From a virus (lineage: Duplodnaviria; Caudoviricetes): a stretch of 42,410 nt of DNA. Location of the stretch: IMG/VR virus record IMGVR_UViG_3300025718_000226, positions 1-42,410 of that record; one strand, given 5' to 3'. A program made the translations under genes and the position numbers. The notes under the pieces are model-generated. The model was not told the origin of the DNA and made no database searches. It worked only from the letters and a program-made list of their open reading frames with translations. Position 1 is the stretch's first letter; every line of letters starts with the position of its first letter. Shown in pieces: positions 26,780 through 36,062 of this stretch.

Positions 26780-27081
26780 CCCTCACGTCCCCAATCATCT
26801 GGATATAATCCCCTTAAATAGCTTATGCATTGTTGTTTTACTTCTTCAAGCCCCACCCGCCCATGATGCCTTATATAATGGTGATCACTGCATAACAAAC
26901 AGCCTTGTTGGATTATATCCTGCTTGTCTGGGCCACATGGATCATGATGGAACTTTTCACCCGGTAAAATATAACGGCCGCACCCGCTAATTATGCAAGT
27001 ATGGCCGTCACGTTCATGTATATTATCATTTAATTTTGCTAGTGGCTTGCCAGTTAGCCTTACTTTTTGTCTTTTCTGCAT
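26773..27081 (-). CDS. HNH endonuclease (packaging-associated type)
   Basis: ERDG..C...C, HH and LLC..HH...H motifs. Confidence 0.8.
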   Translation of the reverse strand: MQKRQKVRLTGKPLAKLNDNIHERDGHTCIISGCGRYILPGEKFHHDPCGPDKQDIIQQGCLLCSDHHYIRHHGRVGLEEVKQQCISYLRGLYPDDWGREGC

Positions 27082-27194
27082 TACTTCAATATCCCCGTCA
27101 CCCTGCTACCTTTCCTGCCGCTATTCTTTACTGGTGGATGGATGATGGCAGTAGCCTGAGTGTCAGTTTGCGGTTTTACCGGTTTCTTTTCCAC
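27081..27194 (-). CDS. Possible small hypothetical protein, 37 aa
   Basis: GTG after AGGGGGG; TAATG coupling to the HNH start. Confidence 0.4.
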   Translation of the reverse strand: MEKKPVKPQTDTQATAIIHPPVKNSGRKGSRVTGILK

Positions 27195-27217
27195 ATTATC
27201 CCCCCCTAATTTTAGGC

Positions 27218-27245
27218 ATAAATAAAAGCACCCCGAAAGGTGCTG
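27218..27245 (-). terminator. Intrinsic terminator
   Basis: Minus strand AGCACCT-TTCG-GGGTGCT-TTTATTT. Confidence 0.7.
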
Positions 27246-27313
27246 TCCGATTTGTTGATGTTATTAGTATATTTGATAAAAGTGGTAATTTGGAACGGTA
27301 CTAAATTATTTTT

Positions 27314-27814
27314 TTATAAACATCCTCTTTTTATCGCAATCCTTACAGTAACATCAACACTATCATTCCACCATGTATGCAATACCGTCTTACTTGGTAA
27401 GCAAGCCTTACCATATTCTCTTTCATGCCAGTCTGCATATCTAACCTGTACATAATCAACCCATCCCGGTCTGCCTACTTCCCTGGCGGCTTCAATTAGT
27501 TCTGCCCTCCGTCTTAGTTCTAAAAATACTTTCTTCTTATCAGATAAAGTAGATTCTGCATCCTCTACCGTCATAATCCAAAGTTTTTTCATTTCTAAGT
27601 CTGTCAGCGTAAGAGCCTTATTCTCTGCTGGTTTTCCTATTCCACTACCATGAGGCATTCCGTTATAGATAGTAGCGGACAACTCACTATAACTTTCCTT
27701 CTCTACTAGGTATTGATTTCGATATTCTTGGCAATTCAGCAACCAATCGGCTGCTATTTTATCCTGTCGCTTAAAATCCATCATTATTACAGCCATGTCC
27801 TCATACCCCCACAA
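27314..27814 (-). CDS. Putative late transcriptional activator (RinA/ArpU-like position)
   Basis: GMPHGSG.G.P.E..A..L motif; last early gene before the HNH/terminase block. Confidence 0.6.
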   Translation of the reverse strand: MWGYEDMAVIMMDFKRQDKIAADWLLNCQEYRNQYLVEKESYSELSATIYNGMPHGSGIGKPAENKALTLTDLEMKKLWIMTVEDAESTLSDKKKVFLELRRRAELIEAAREVGRPGWVDYVQVRYADWHEREYGKACLPSKTVLHTWWNDSVDVTVRIAIKRGCL

Positions 27815-27859
27815 ATTTAATATAATGCAAAATAGGGAGGTCTAGCCTCCCTTTATAAA

Positions 27860-28009
27860 TTATAGTTTTTTATTTTGTGACTTCAGTCGCTCAATCTCAT
27901 AATAAGCGGCTAAAATTATTTCAGGCTCCGAAGCAAGCGTAAACATTACCAGTCGGATATCATCTTGCGCAGCTGCCATACCGAGTTTTTTAAGTTTTTC
28001 TAGATCCAT
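27860..28009 (-). CDS. Small hypothetical protein, 49 aa
   Basis: MDLEKLKKLG...EIERLK; purine-rich leader and downstream terminator at 27833-27854. Confidence 0.55.
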   Translation of the reverse strand: MDLEKLKKLGMAAAQDDIRLVMFTLASEPEIILAAYYEIERLKSQNKKL

Positions 28010-28038
28010 TACTTACCCGCCCTTCCCTTTTAATATTT

Positions 28039-29010
28039 TTACCCTTCGAAAATATTCCCACTCAAGACTTTGAATACTTCTTTGTCCACTTTTTCTATTA
28101 ACGAATTTAAAATCCTTATACGTTCAGTAATTTCGGTTTTCTCATTTGATGAAATTTTCAATTCTTGCATACGACTCCTTTCTGCCATACTTACCTGTAT
28201 TTCCAATAAACTCTTAATTTTCTTTACAGCATCTACAGTCATTTGTGATGAATTTATAAAAAGTTCATCTTTTGGGTGTTTAACCTTTTTTACATCTTTT
28301 AACTTTGTAATGCCTTTTTCCTGATGTTGCTCATATACTGCTTTCTGATCCGCTGGTGATAACCTAGCAATCTCTGCTGCTGTTGAAAAATTTACATTGC
28401 CGTTTTTAAATTCTTCTTTGTACTCAGGGCTTAATTTTTCATCGATTCGCTCATATCTAGCGACTTGGCTTTTTGATATGTTGAGCGTTTCGGCTAGTAG
28501 TTCCTGAATGCGCCCCGGTAACTTATGATCTTTCTTGTATTCCTGAAATAATTCTTTCAGCTCCCGTAATTGCTCGGTCTTTTCCCAATCCGATAGAATC
28601 CGAGTAGTGGAATTAGTATGTATTAACAAAATTCGCTCCGTGATACTGTCTAAATTAGTTTTAATCCGACATGGTACTAATTCAAATTGCTTTTTACCCT
28701 CTTCTACTAGTGCTATTGATGCCAGCCGCCGACGATGGCCAGCAATGACGGTGTATTTATTTACACCATCATTCTTTTTTACGATTAGATTTTGCTCGAT
28801 ACCTTCCATAAGCTCGATACTATCCTTCAGGTCTTGAATATCATCAACGCTATATTTATTATTTGGATGGGGTTCTAGGTCATACACGCTTAGTTTTACA
28901 ATGTCGAATGTAGAGCCTGTTTGACCAGGCTTTACATTCTCATTTATGTGCTTATTGATACCAAACAATTCTTTGATACCAACCTTTTTCTCTGATTTCA
29001 ATATCAACAC
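28039..29010 (-). CDS. parB: ParB/RepB/Spo0J family partition protein
   Basis: L.PHP.N, L..SI..GI.QNL.V, IAGHRR..A and HTH LAETLNISKSQV.RY. Confidence 0.92.
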   Translation of the reverse strand: MLILKSEKKVGIKELFGINKHINENVKPGQTGSTFDIVKLSVYDLEPHPNNKYSVDDIQDLKDSIELMEGIEQNLIVKKNDGVNKYTVIAGHRRRLASIALVEEGKKQFELVPCRIKTNLDSITERILLIHTNSTTRILSDWEKTEQLRELKELFQEYKKDHKLPGRIQELLAETLNISKSQVARYERIDEKLSPEYKEEFKNGNVNFSTAAEIARLSPADQKAVYEQHQEKGITKLKDVKKVKHPKDELFINSSQMTVDAVKKIKSLLEIQVSMAERSRMQELKISSNEKTEITERIRILNSLIEKVDKEVFKVLSGNIFEG

Positions 29011-29019
29011 CCCTTACTT

Positions 29020-29038
29020 TGTATTCAACTTGAACACA
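29020..29038. promoter_or_regulatory. Putative parS-like palindrome
   Basis: TGTATTCAA-C-TTGAACACA fills most of the parA-parB gap. Confidence 0.5.
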
Positions 29039-29797
29039 TTATTGGTTTAAATATTCTTTGGCTAATCTCATATAGTCAACGGCAGCAGCACTGCCTCTTG
29101 AATATTCAGCAATTGGTTCTCTGTAAAATGTGCTTTCGCTCATTTTTTTGGTATCACGGATATGGGTATCAAATACCGGGTAATTTTTCTGGTTTTTCAA
29201 TCCTTCTCGATATTCTTCGGTGGTTTCATTTTTTACATACTTGGTGACTAAGCATCCACGAAATAATAACGAAGGGTTTGTTTCACGGGCTTTTTGGATT
29301 AGGTCAGTTACTTGGTTGAGTCCCCAGAATCCGTATATATCTATATTCATGGGTACAATCACCTCGTCAGAAGCAACTAGAGCGTTATCTGTGCCGATCG
29401 TTAACGATGGGGCATTGTCTATAATGCAAAAATCATAGTCATTTTTCACTTTGCTTAGTGCATTCTTTAAAATCATATTCTTTTCGATAATGCTGTCATC
29501 TTTCTGGATTATTTCATAGGCGATTCTGAGATTAATGTCAGCGGTAATAAGATCTAGGTTTTCATACTGGGTATGATTTATCGCATTTCGAATGTCAAGA
29601 CGTTTGGTTAATATGTCTGATATATTATAGAACTTAGGTTCTGCTATCTCGAAGAACTTACTTGCGTTAGCCTGTCCATCAAGATCGAGCAACAATACCT
29701 TTTTCCCAAAGTATTTGCTGAAATTATAACTGAGATTGATTGAGGTTGTTGTTTTTCCGACCCCACCCTTGTTGTTGAGGATTGATATAATTTTCAT
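29039..29797 (-). CDS. parA: ParA/Soj family ATPase
   Basis: KGGVGKTTT, DLDGQAN, YDF.IIDNAP and AA.DY..LA.E motifs. Confidence 0.95.
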   Translation of the reverse strand: MKIISILNNKGGVGKTTTSINLSYNFSKYFGKKVLLLDLDGQANASKFFEIAEPKFYNISDILTKRLDIRNAINHTQYENLDLITADINLRIAYEIIQKDDSIIEKNMILKNALSKVKNDYDFCIIDNAPSLTIGTDNALVASDEVIVPMNIDIYGFWGLNQVTDLIQKARETNPSLLFRGCLVTKYVKNETTEEYREGLKNQKNYPVFDTHIRDTKKMSESTFYREPIAEYSRGSAAAVDYMRLAKEYLNQ

Positions 29798-29812
29798 TTT
29801 TCATTCCGCCTT

Positions 29813-30319
29813 TCATAATGGTCTTATAAAACTATTAGTAATGCTCTCTTTCGATGTCGGTGTGTATATGTGGACCATATCAACTACTAAGCTGCTTCTG
29901 TCTGCCGCCTTCTTGATCACCGGCTGGTAGTCTAGCATTTCAATCTGCTTGCGTGGGATTCCGATATACTGACTATCGTGGACATATAACTCTATCCCGC
30001 CCAGATATAAGTTTGTTCGCGTTATTTCTTCCAGATCAGCTGTGAGTAATTCAGTATATAATTGCTTTACATCTTCCAGGCTCTGGCCCACGCATTCACT
30101 TAAGCCGTCTTTGTGTTTATAAAACCAAACATTTCTCTTTTTTGCTTCGAGCTTGCATTGAACGCTCCAAAACTGTTCTTCGTTTAGGCTGAGAATAAAA
30201 TGACTTGTTACTAACAGATTGGCGAATGATTCAATTTCAAAGAGTGCAAAACGCCCAATTGCTTGAACAATCTTAATTACGTTACTTACCTTTACTAGGT
30301 GATCATCATTTTCATACAC
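29813..30319 (-). CDS. Hypothetical protein
   Basis: 168-aa ORF in the early operon. Confidence 0.65.
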   Translation of the reverse strand: MYENDDHLVKVSNVIKIVQAIGRFALFEIESFANLLVTSHFILSLNEEQFWSVQCKLEAKKRNVWFYKHKDGLSECVGQSLEDVKQLYTELLTADLEEITRTNLYLGGIELYVHDSQYIGIPRKQIEMLDYQPVIKKAADRSSLVVDMVHIYTPTSKESITNSFIRPL

Positions 30320-30560
30320 TGGTTATTCCCCCCTTTTTAGCGGCCTTGGTGAGAGGTTTCTCTAACCATTTCCCTTTGCTGAGCTTATATCTGCCAAATA
30401 CTATCATCTTTGATTCAGGCTTTATTTCTTCATCAGAGAAATGATATTGCCTATTCTCTAGATCAACTATTAAGCTAAATTTATTTAGTCCATTCTGCTC
30501 AGCATGAATTTTCGCATCGCTTCTGGCTGTTCCTTTGCTTGGGTATGGATCACTTATCAT
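30312..30560 (-). CDS. Hypothetical protein
   Basis: 82-aa ORF with translational coupling. Confidence 0.65.
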   Translation of the reverse strand: MISDPYPSKGTARSDAKIHAEQNGLNKFSLIVDLENRQYHFSDEEIKPESKMIVFGRYKLSKGKWLEKPLTKAAKKGGITSV

Positions 30561-30790
30561 TCAACTACCTCCCCTTCTCTAATCACAACGATAATATAAG
30601 CGTCTTTTGCATCTGCTGGGTAATGGGCAGGATGTTTATAGCTAGCGTTTAATTTATCTCTCAATTTTCTTGCTTTTTCTAGTCTCATTGGCTTTTCTTC
30701 TACTACCATCATCGTGTAAATATTTACAACTAGATAACAGTGACAAAATGGCATTATTCTTAGTGATTCGTTAGTAATTTTAGTTTGCAT
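30557..30790 (-). CDS. Hypothetical protein
   Basis: 77-aa ORF with RBS GGAGG. Confidence 0.6.
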   Translation of the reverse strand: MQTKITNESLRIMPFCHCYLVVNIYTMMVVEEKPMRLEKARKLRDKLNASYKHPAHYPADAKDAYIIVVIREGEVVE

Positions 30791-31037
30791 GAGCTATGCC
30801 CTCCAATCGTTGTCCACAATTAGCACAATAATTCCAACCAGCTTGAATAAATGTTTCGCATTGGCAGTAAGCTTTTTCGTTAAATTTGTAATTACGACAT
30901 CGTACCCGCGATAACGATAACCACCCTAGCCCCCTGCTAGGGAATTTAGTACATTCACCATATTTACCCTTGATGGTTGGATTTATATAGATGCATGTAC
31001 CACATTTATTTTTATAATCAACCTGCATGGGTTGCAC
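30780..31037 (-). CDS. Cys-rich zinc-ribbon protein
   Basis: CGTC...C...C..Y and a C-terminal YCANCGQRL. Confidence 0.65.
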   Translation of the reverse strand: MQPMQVDYKNKCGTCIYINPTIKGKYGECTKFPSRGLGWLSLSRVRCRNYKFNEKAYCQCETFIQAGWNYCANCGQRLEGIAHAN

Positions 31038-31512
31038 CTCCGCTTTCTTCCGCTAAGCAATCCGCACAATCATTTTCATCTGCATCATCAACTAATTTTT
31101 CACCGCAACAACCACATATGCGACCATGACATTCAGTACAAGACCAATCTTTTTGCTTTTCTTCGCTTTTATAATCCACGTAGTCCTCGTAGGTGGAACC
31201 TTCGCAATCTTCACCAATACCAATAGTTTCTAATCCACAAAACCTGCATGTACCAGTTATTAATTCACCGTCAACCTTGATATCACTTAATGTTTCATCT
31301 ATTTCAATATGAGTATCAAATATTTCTTCCCTTAAAATCTTTGCTTCATCTGCCCATATGACAAAATCATCAATGTTATCACTGCCATCTAATACGCCAG
31401 GCTCTTTAGTTGTTTCTTCGTGGATATAATCCAATATATCAAACTCATGCATTACATTTAAAAGCCGTTGGACTAAATCTTTTTCAGCTTCATTTGAAAC
31501 TATAATTTTCAT
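31018..31512 (-). CDS. Acidic protein with C-terminal zinc-finger Cys pairs
   Basis: CRFC, CTEC, CGCC and CADC. Confidence 0.65.
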   Translation of the reverse strand: MKIIVSNEAEKDLVQRLLNVMHEFDILDYIHEETTKEPGVLDGSDNIDDFVIWADEAKILREEIFDTHIEIDETLSDIKVDGELITGTCRFCGLETIGIGEDCEGSTYEDYVDYKSEEKQKDWSCTECHGRICGCCGEKLVDDADENDCADCLAEESGGATHAG

Positions 31513-31513
31513 T

Positions 31514-31630
31514 TTATCCCGCCCTCCCCATTATTACCTCACGCCTACCGTCACTATAAGTTATACATGCTAAGATTCTGTATTTACGTTTTATCCATTT
31601 CCATGAACTATTTGCGCTGATCTGCCGCAT
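31514..31630 (-). CDS. Possible small basic protein, 38 aa
   Basis: ATG after GGAGGGGG; stop abuts the next start. Confidence 0.4.
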   Translation of the reverse strand: MRQISANSSWKWIKRKYRILACITYSDGRREVIMGRAG

Positions 31631-31690
31631 TCCCCCGCCCCCTCCGCAATTTTTCTGCCTTTTTAATATTCCGTCGCCTTGGGAGCTTGC

Positions 31691-32092
31691 CTAAAAAGGG
31701 ATTTCTTCGTTATTCTCAGGGTATACTTCTTCCCCCATGTTACCTGCATGATCTACACTATCTTTTGGTGATGCGCTTGCCTGAGTTGCTTTCGTATCCA
31801 AAAACTCAATGCTTTGGGCAACGACCTCAGCCGAACGTCGTTTCTGTCCATCTTTTTCGTATTGGCTAATTTGTAGACGCCCTTCAACTAGCACACGACG
31901 GCCTTTTGTAAGATTGTTCCCGCAAACTTCGGCCAGTTTATCCCACACTACGATGGGAATAAAATCTGCACGTTTATTATCACCAAAACCGTGATCCACT
32001 GCCACACTAAAAGACGCTACGGCTTTACCAGTCTGTGTATAACGAACCTCCGGGTCTCTGGTTAGGCGGCCTACTAATATAACCTTGTTCAA
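31691..32092 (-). CDS. ssb: Single-stranded DNA-binding protein
   Basis: MNKVILVGRLTRDPEVRYT...VEGRLQ...EEIPF. Confidence 0.97.
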   Translation of the reverse strand: MNKVILVGRLTRDPEVRYTQTGKAVASFSVAVDHGFGDNKRADFIPIVVWDKLAEVCGNNLTKGRRVLVEGRLQISQYEKDGQKRRSAEVVAQSIEFLDTKATQASASPKDSVDHAGNMGEEVYPENNEEIPF

Positions 32093-32174
32093 GTTTATTT
32101 CCCCCTCTTTTTTTGTCAGAATAACGGTAACCTATCTTACAAAGATATTTGGTACTATGTTATTAACAGGACAA

Positions 32175-32888
32175 TCAATGATCTTCATCGCTACCTGGAA
32201 TTTTAATCATTCTGTAAAACAGATATGGATAATTGTGTTCAGTATGGCCTCTTTGAATAACGTCGATATAATACCCCTTAATCGGTTTAGGATCTTCTCT
32301 CCATGTACCAGCAGCTACTTCGTCTATTTCTGGTACTGGACGGATCAAACTTCTACTGCTGCTCCAATTTTGACTCCATATTTTCTCTTCACCCTTTGTT
32401 CCTTTTTTCATAAAATAATTAGCAAGACGTTCACAATCTTCTGGCTCTCCCATGAATATTTGCATGTTTATAAATCCTAATTTCCATATTTTTTTAAATT
32501 CTTTAACCCCTAAACCTATGTTATTAATTAAAATATGGTGATGTATCCGCTTTCCTTCGGTCATTGCTATGTATTTAATAGGCAATTCTAGTTTCTTATA
32601 TCTAGATCGCAATCTATCGAAAAATCTTTCAATACTTTTTTTTGCTTCTTCTGGTGTTGGCTCTATCTCATAGGTAAGAGTTAGATATAAATCACCAGTT
32701 ATAAAATTAGCATTCATCAATAGGTATAATCTTTTGCAAGCTCTTTTTTTATTCTTTTTGTCATTTAATTCTTTTTTTGTATTTTCATTCTCAATTCTTG
32801 GTCTTTTGGGAGATTGGCATTTACTTGTATGGTATAGAGTCGTCTCTTTTACTTTTCCGGCTGTTATTGTTCTTTTCTTGTACGACAT
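32175..32888 (-). CDS. HUH rolling-circle replication initiator
   Basis: YLTLTY (motif 1), RIHHHILIN (HUH), LANYFMK (catalytic Tyr) and W.SSR.L..P. ATG at 32888 after GGAG. Confidence 0.85.
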   Translation of the reverse strand: MSYKKRTITAGKVKETTLYHTSKCQSPKRPRIENENTKKELNDKKNKKRACKRLYLLMNANFITGDLYLTLTYEIEPTPEEAKKSIERFFDRLRSRYKKLELPIKYIAMTEGKRIHHHILINNIGLGVKEFKKIWKLGFINMQIFMGEPEDCERLANYFMKKGTKGEEKIWSQNWSSSRSLIRPVPEIDEVAAGTWREDPKPIKGYYIDVIQRGHTEHNYPYLFYRMIKIPGSDEDH

Positions 32889-33033
32889 ATAACTTTCTCC
32901 TAATTTCAAACTATATTTTATATTGGTATATATTTTTATGAATTGTATATACTGTTAATATGAAATATATGATTTCATCCTAAAGTTACCCTACTTTATC
33001 AAGTCAATTACAGCCCTAAAAGCCGTATGTTTA

Positions 33034-33062
33034 TTGACCTTTTGCCGTACATATAATATAAT
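33034..33062 (+). promoter_or_regulatory. SigA-type antisense promoter upstream of rep
   Basis: TTGACC-17 nt-TATAAT. Confidence 0.8.
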
Positions 33063-33067
33063 TAACT

Positions 33068-33137
33068 CAACAGATTCTATGTACAACTTTTCTAATGAAC
33101 CCTTACAAGCTACTGCAAATAGCTTGTAAGGGTTTTT
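33068..33137 (+). ncRNA. Putative antisense sRNA of about 70 nt, opposite the rep leader
   Basis: Consensus promoter followed by a perfect 15-bp hairpin (33098-33134) and T-tract; no ORF inside. Confidence 0.6.
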
Positions 33138-33169
33138 AGTTTTCTTCTATTAAAGATACATACCTACGT

Positions 33170-34138
33170 TTATAATAGTTTCTCTGACATTTTTCCAAGT
33201 AGGCCATTAACGGCATTTCTATATTTCTCATATTTTTCCATATCAATTTCTTTAATCTCGGCGAGTGATCCAAGCAGCCCCTTAAAACCCGCTGTTAATG
33301 AATCAAAATAAATACCAAACTTTAATACCTCAGTGCTTTGCCGACTGGCTTGTGCTTCGAGGTCTTTATTTTTTTCTCGCAGTTCATCAAGTTCCTGTTC
33401 TATTTCTTCCGGAATTTTTTCAATAATTACTGGTTCAATGGTAATTGGTTCATTTATTTTGCTAGTCAGCTCCTGGACTTGTTGCTGAGCTGCCTTCAAT
33501 TCGGCTTCAATCTGCTGCATTTTCTTATTGGATGCTCCCTTATTACTAGCAGTAGCTAACATATTTGTTAATAAATCGACTTCTGATTTACTTTGTTCAC
33601 GTTTTTCTTCAAGTTCTTTTTGTAGATCTTTGGCCTTTTGTTCTGCCTCTTGTAACCTAGAATCTTTTTCTGATTGCTTATCAATAAGTTGCTGATTTAC
33701 CTTATACATATCCTCGGCCTGTTTTTCAGCTGCTTTCTGCGCTTTAATAGCCTCTTGCAATTGGCGAGTAGACATATTTTCAATATCATTTTCTTTCATA
33801 AATTCTTCCCGATCCGGCACTCCAAGCAGTGCTACAGCTTGCGTATAGCTTAAATTTCCAAGCGCTTGGCTTTTTGCATTGTCACCAAAAAGGGCAATTT
33901 GATTGGCTCCGTACTCTTCAAATATCTTCATTAAATTATTGGCAGTGCTTTTTTTATAATCAACTGATTTTTCTAGCCAGTCTCCCCATTCTCCATGTTC
34001 CACCATGGACTTAGCTTCAACCAGCCGGCGGCCTATTTCAATGCTATTACATAGAATCATCGTTCTGGTTTGGTCTTTAATGCTGTTAATTTCAGCAGCT
34101 ACTATCTGTGGTGTTCTGATAGTGGTAACTTCATTCAT
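33170..34138 (-). CDS. DUF3102 domain protein with coiled coil
   Basis: IEIGRRL.EAK..V.HGEWG.WL...A..LM and LSYTQA.ALL motifs. Confidence 0.85.
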   Translation of the reverse strand: MNEVTTIRTPQIVAAEINSIKDQTRTMILCNSIEIGRRLVEAKSMVEHGEWGDWLEKSVDYKKSTANNLMKIFEEYGANQIALFGDNAKSQALGNLSYTQAVALLGVPDREEFMKENDIENMSTRQLQEAIKAQKAAEKQAEDMYKVNQQLIDKQSEKDSRLQEAEQKAKDLQKELEEKREQSKSEVDLLTNMLATASNKGASNKKMQQIEAELKAAQQQVQELTSKINEPITIEPVIIEKIPEEIEQELDELREKNKDLEAQASRQSTEVLKFGIYFDSLTAGFKGLLGSLAEIKEIDMEKYEKYRNAVNGLLGKMSEKLL

Positions 34139-34155
34139 GGTAATTCCTCCTTTTT

Positions 34156-36048
34156 TTATGAAGCAGTCTTTTCTGCCGGTGACAGATGGCGTAGGAAGTC
34201 ATTGGCGAACCGCCTAATCTCAGCGGATGCGGAACGATCTCCAAATCCATACAGTTGCAATATCTTCAATTCCCGCATATCAATCTCCATCGTGAAAAAT
34301 GGTTTGCTATGTTCTTCTATCCGGCGTACAAAGAACACCATGCGCTTTCCCTTTAAATGGTTTTGATAATAATTGTCTCCGCCTACGCAATGCTTCAATG
34401 ATTGCCCTTCTGTTATGAATTCACTGCGTGTTTTTGGGAAAACAATACAATAATCGCCCTTAGCATATTCCTGCATGCCTACATACAGATTTTTACTAGC
34501 TTTAATGAAATTATCATCCTCTAGCTTCCGCTTTATTTTATTGAAACTTTCCAGAATAACGTTATGAGCTATTTCAATGTTTTTGGGGAAGCGTACCGAT
34601 TTTCGCGATAAGTCAACACCTAATGACTTACTCATACTGATATAGTCCTTGTACCATATCAGTAAGCGGGAACTATTTTTCTGCTTGGTTTCTTTTTTCT
34701 GTTTAGTAAAATAGTTTACGAAGCGCTCAAAGCTCATCAAATCCATGAGTTCAATAATATCGTCTAACCGTCCGTCAAATCGTAGTTCCCTTAATTTTGC
34801 AAAGCTTTCATTATCTACCCATGTTTGTGACGATTTTACGACTTTATGCTCAAAGCTGGTAACGTTGAATTTTTTATATAATGGTAAATATTGTTTACTT
34901 ACTCCAAGAACATCCGTAAAACTACTACCACGTAAATCTTCTACATAAAAGCTGGCTGCAAGTTGAGTAAGTCCAAGTTTAAAAAGGTACTCAGCAACGG
35001 GTATATTTTTAAGATTATCAAGTAATCTTGGCAAAGAGATTTCACCAGCTCCGCGTAACCCTTCCCTAAAATTAACATGGTAGTAGTTTTCTCCAAATAC
35101 ATCCGTAAGGTTATTAGAATACACATGAACATTCTTGTAGTTAACCTCTCCGTTTTTCTTACGGTACCAATTCCATCCATATCCCATATTTGATTGATAT
35201 GAATATGCATATATCACTGGCGGTCCGAATGTACTAATGATATACAAGTTATAATAATAGTCATCAAAACTATATTGATATTTGGGGTTTCCATTTTGAA
35301 ATACTCGCTGCACGTCCGCCCATCTCAGCAGCAGTTGCCCATTAACCTTATTCGCAATGCAGATTTTCGCTTTGTCGATAATGGTACTTTTTATCCATGC
35401 CCCACGGTACCGCACCGTTATGCCACACTTTGGACATGTACCCATATCTCCAGACCTTTCCCCTTTATCTAGTTCAAAATCTTGATTGCAATGGGCACAT
35501 ACACAATGCCGTTTCCCCTTGATCAGCTTATCCATAAAAATATAACTGTGATTAAACATATGGGCCTCACAATATCTTTCTAAATCAGCTGGATACTCCG
35601 GATACATGCTAAAATGTTCATTCATTTTTGCATACTTGCGTTCCATTGCTTTTTCAGCCTTTTCCGAGTTAATTTTGCTGATAAACCCATTAAGTATAGA
35701 TCCAAGGTCGTAATTATATACGCCAAGGAATTTTCGCGCTTTTTTTTCATCCGTATCTGTGCCGGCGATATTAAAATAACTTCCACCCTGTAAAATCGAA
35801 TCAAGCAATTTCATATGCCATATTTTTGTAGGCCACTCATTGCAAATCAAAGCATTTTTACTATCAGAGAAAAAGCGAAGCTTCAATTCACCATTTTCAT
35901 TAAATACATCTGCTACTAGAATGTCACCACAACGAGGAAGATTAATAATTTGTACAGTTCCGACAAGCGAATAATTCTTTATATCTTTTTTTATAAACTG
36001 CGGATATGCAAGTACTGGTATCTCGTTCAGTTCATTTTTTACAAGCAC
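34156..36048 (-). CDS. PcfJ-like domain protein
   Basis: Y.DY..M...LG.DL..FPKN...AH, EG..L.HCVG..Y and P..T.E motifs; CxxC pairs. Confidence 0.88.
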   Translation of the reverse strand: MLVKNELNEIPVLAYPQFIKKDIKNYSLVGTVQIINLPRCGDILVADVFNENGELKLRFFSDSKNALICNEWPTKIWHMKLLDSILQGGSYFNIAGTDTDEKKARKFLGVYNYDLGSILNGFISKINSEKAEKAMERKYAKMNEHFSMYPEYPADLERYCEAHMFNHSYIFMDKLIKGKRHCVCAHCNQDFELDKGERSGDMGTCPKCGITVRYRGAWIKSTIIDKAKICIANKVNGQLLLRWADVQRVFQNGNPKYQYSFDDYYYNLYIISTFGPPVIYAYSYQSNMGYGWNWYRKKNGEVNYKNVHVYSNNLTDVFGENYYHVNFREGLRGAGEISLPRLLDNLKNIPVAEYLFKLGLTQLAASFYVEDLRGSSFTDVLGVSKQYLPLYKKFNVTSFEHKVVKSSQTWVDNESFAKLRELRFDGRLDDIIELMDLMSFERFVNYFTKQKKETKQKNSSRLLIWYKDYISMSKSLGVDLSRKSVRFPKNIEIAHNVILESFNKIKRKLEDDNFIKASKNLYVGMQEYAKGDYCIVFPKTRSEFITEGQSLKHCVGGDNYYQNHLKGKRMVFFVRRIEEHSKPFFTMEIDMRELKILQLYGFGDRSASAEIRRFANDFLRHLSPAEKTAS

Positions 36049-36062
36049 TTCTAACCGCCCCC

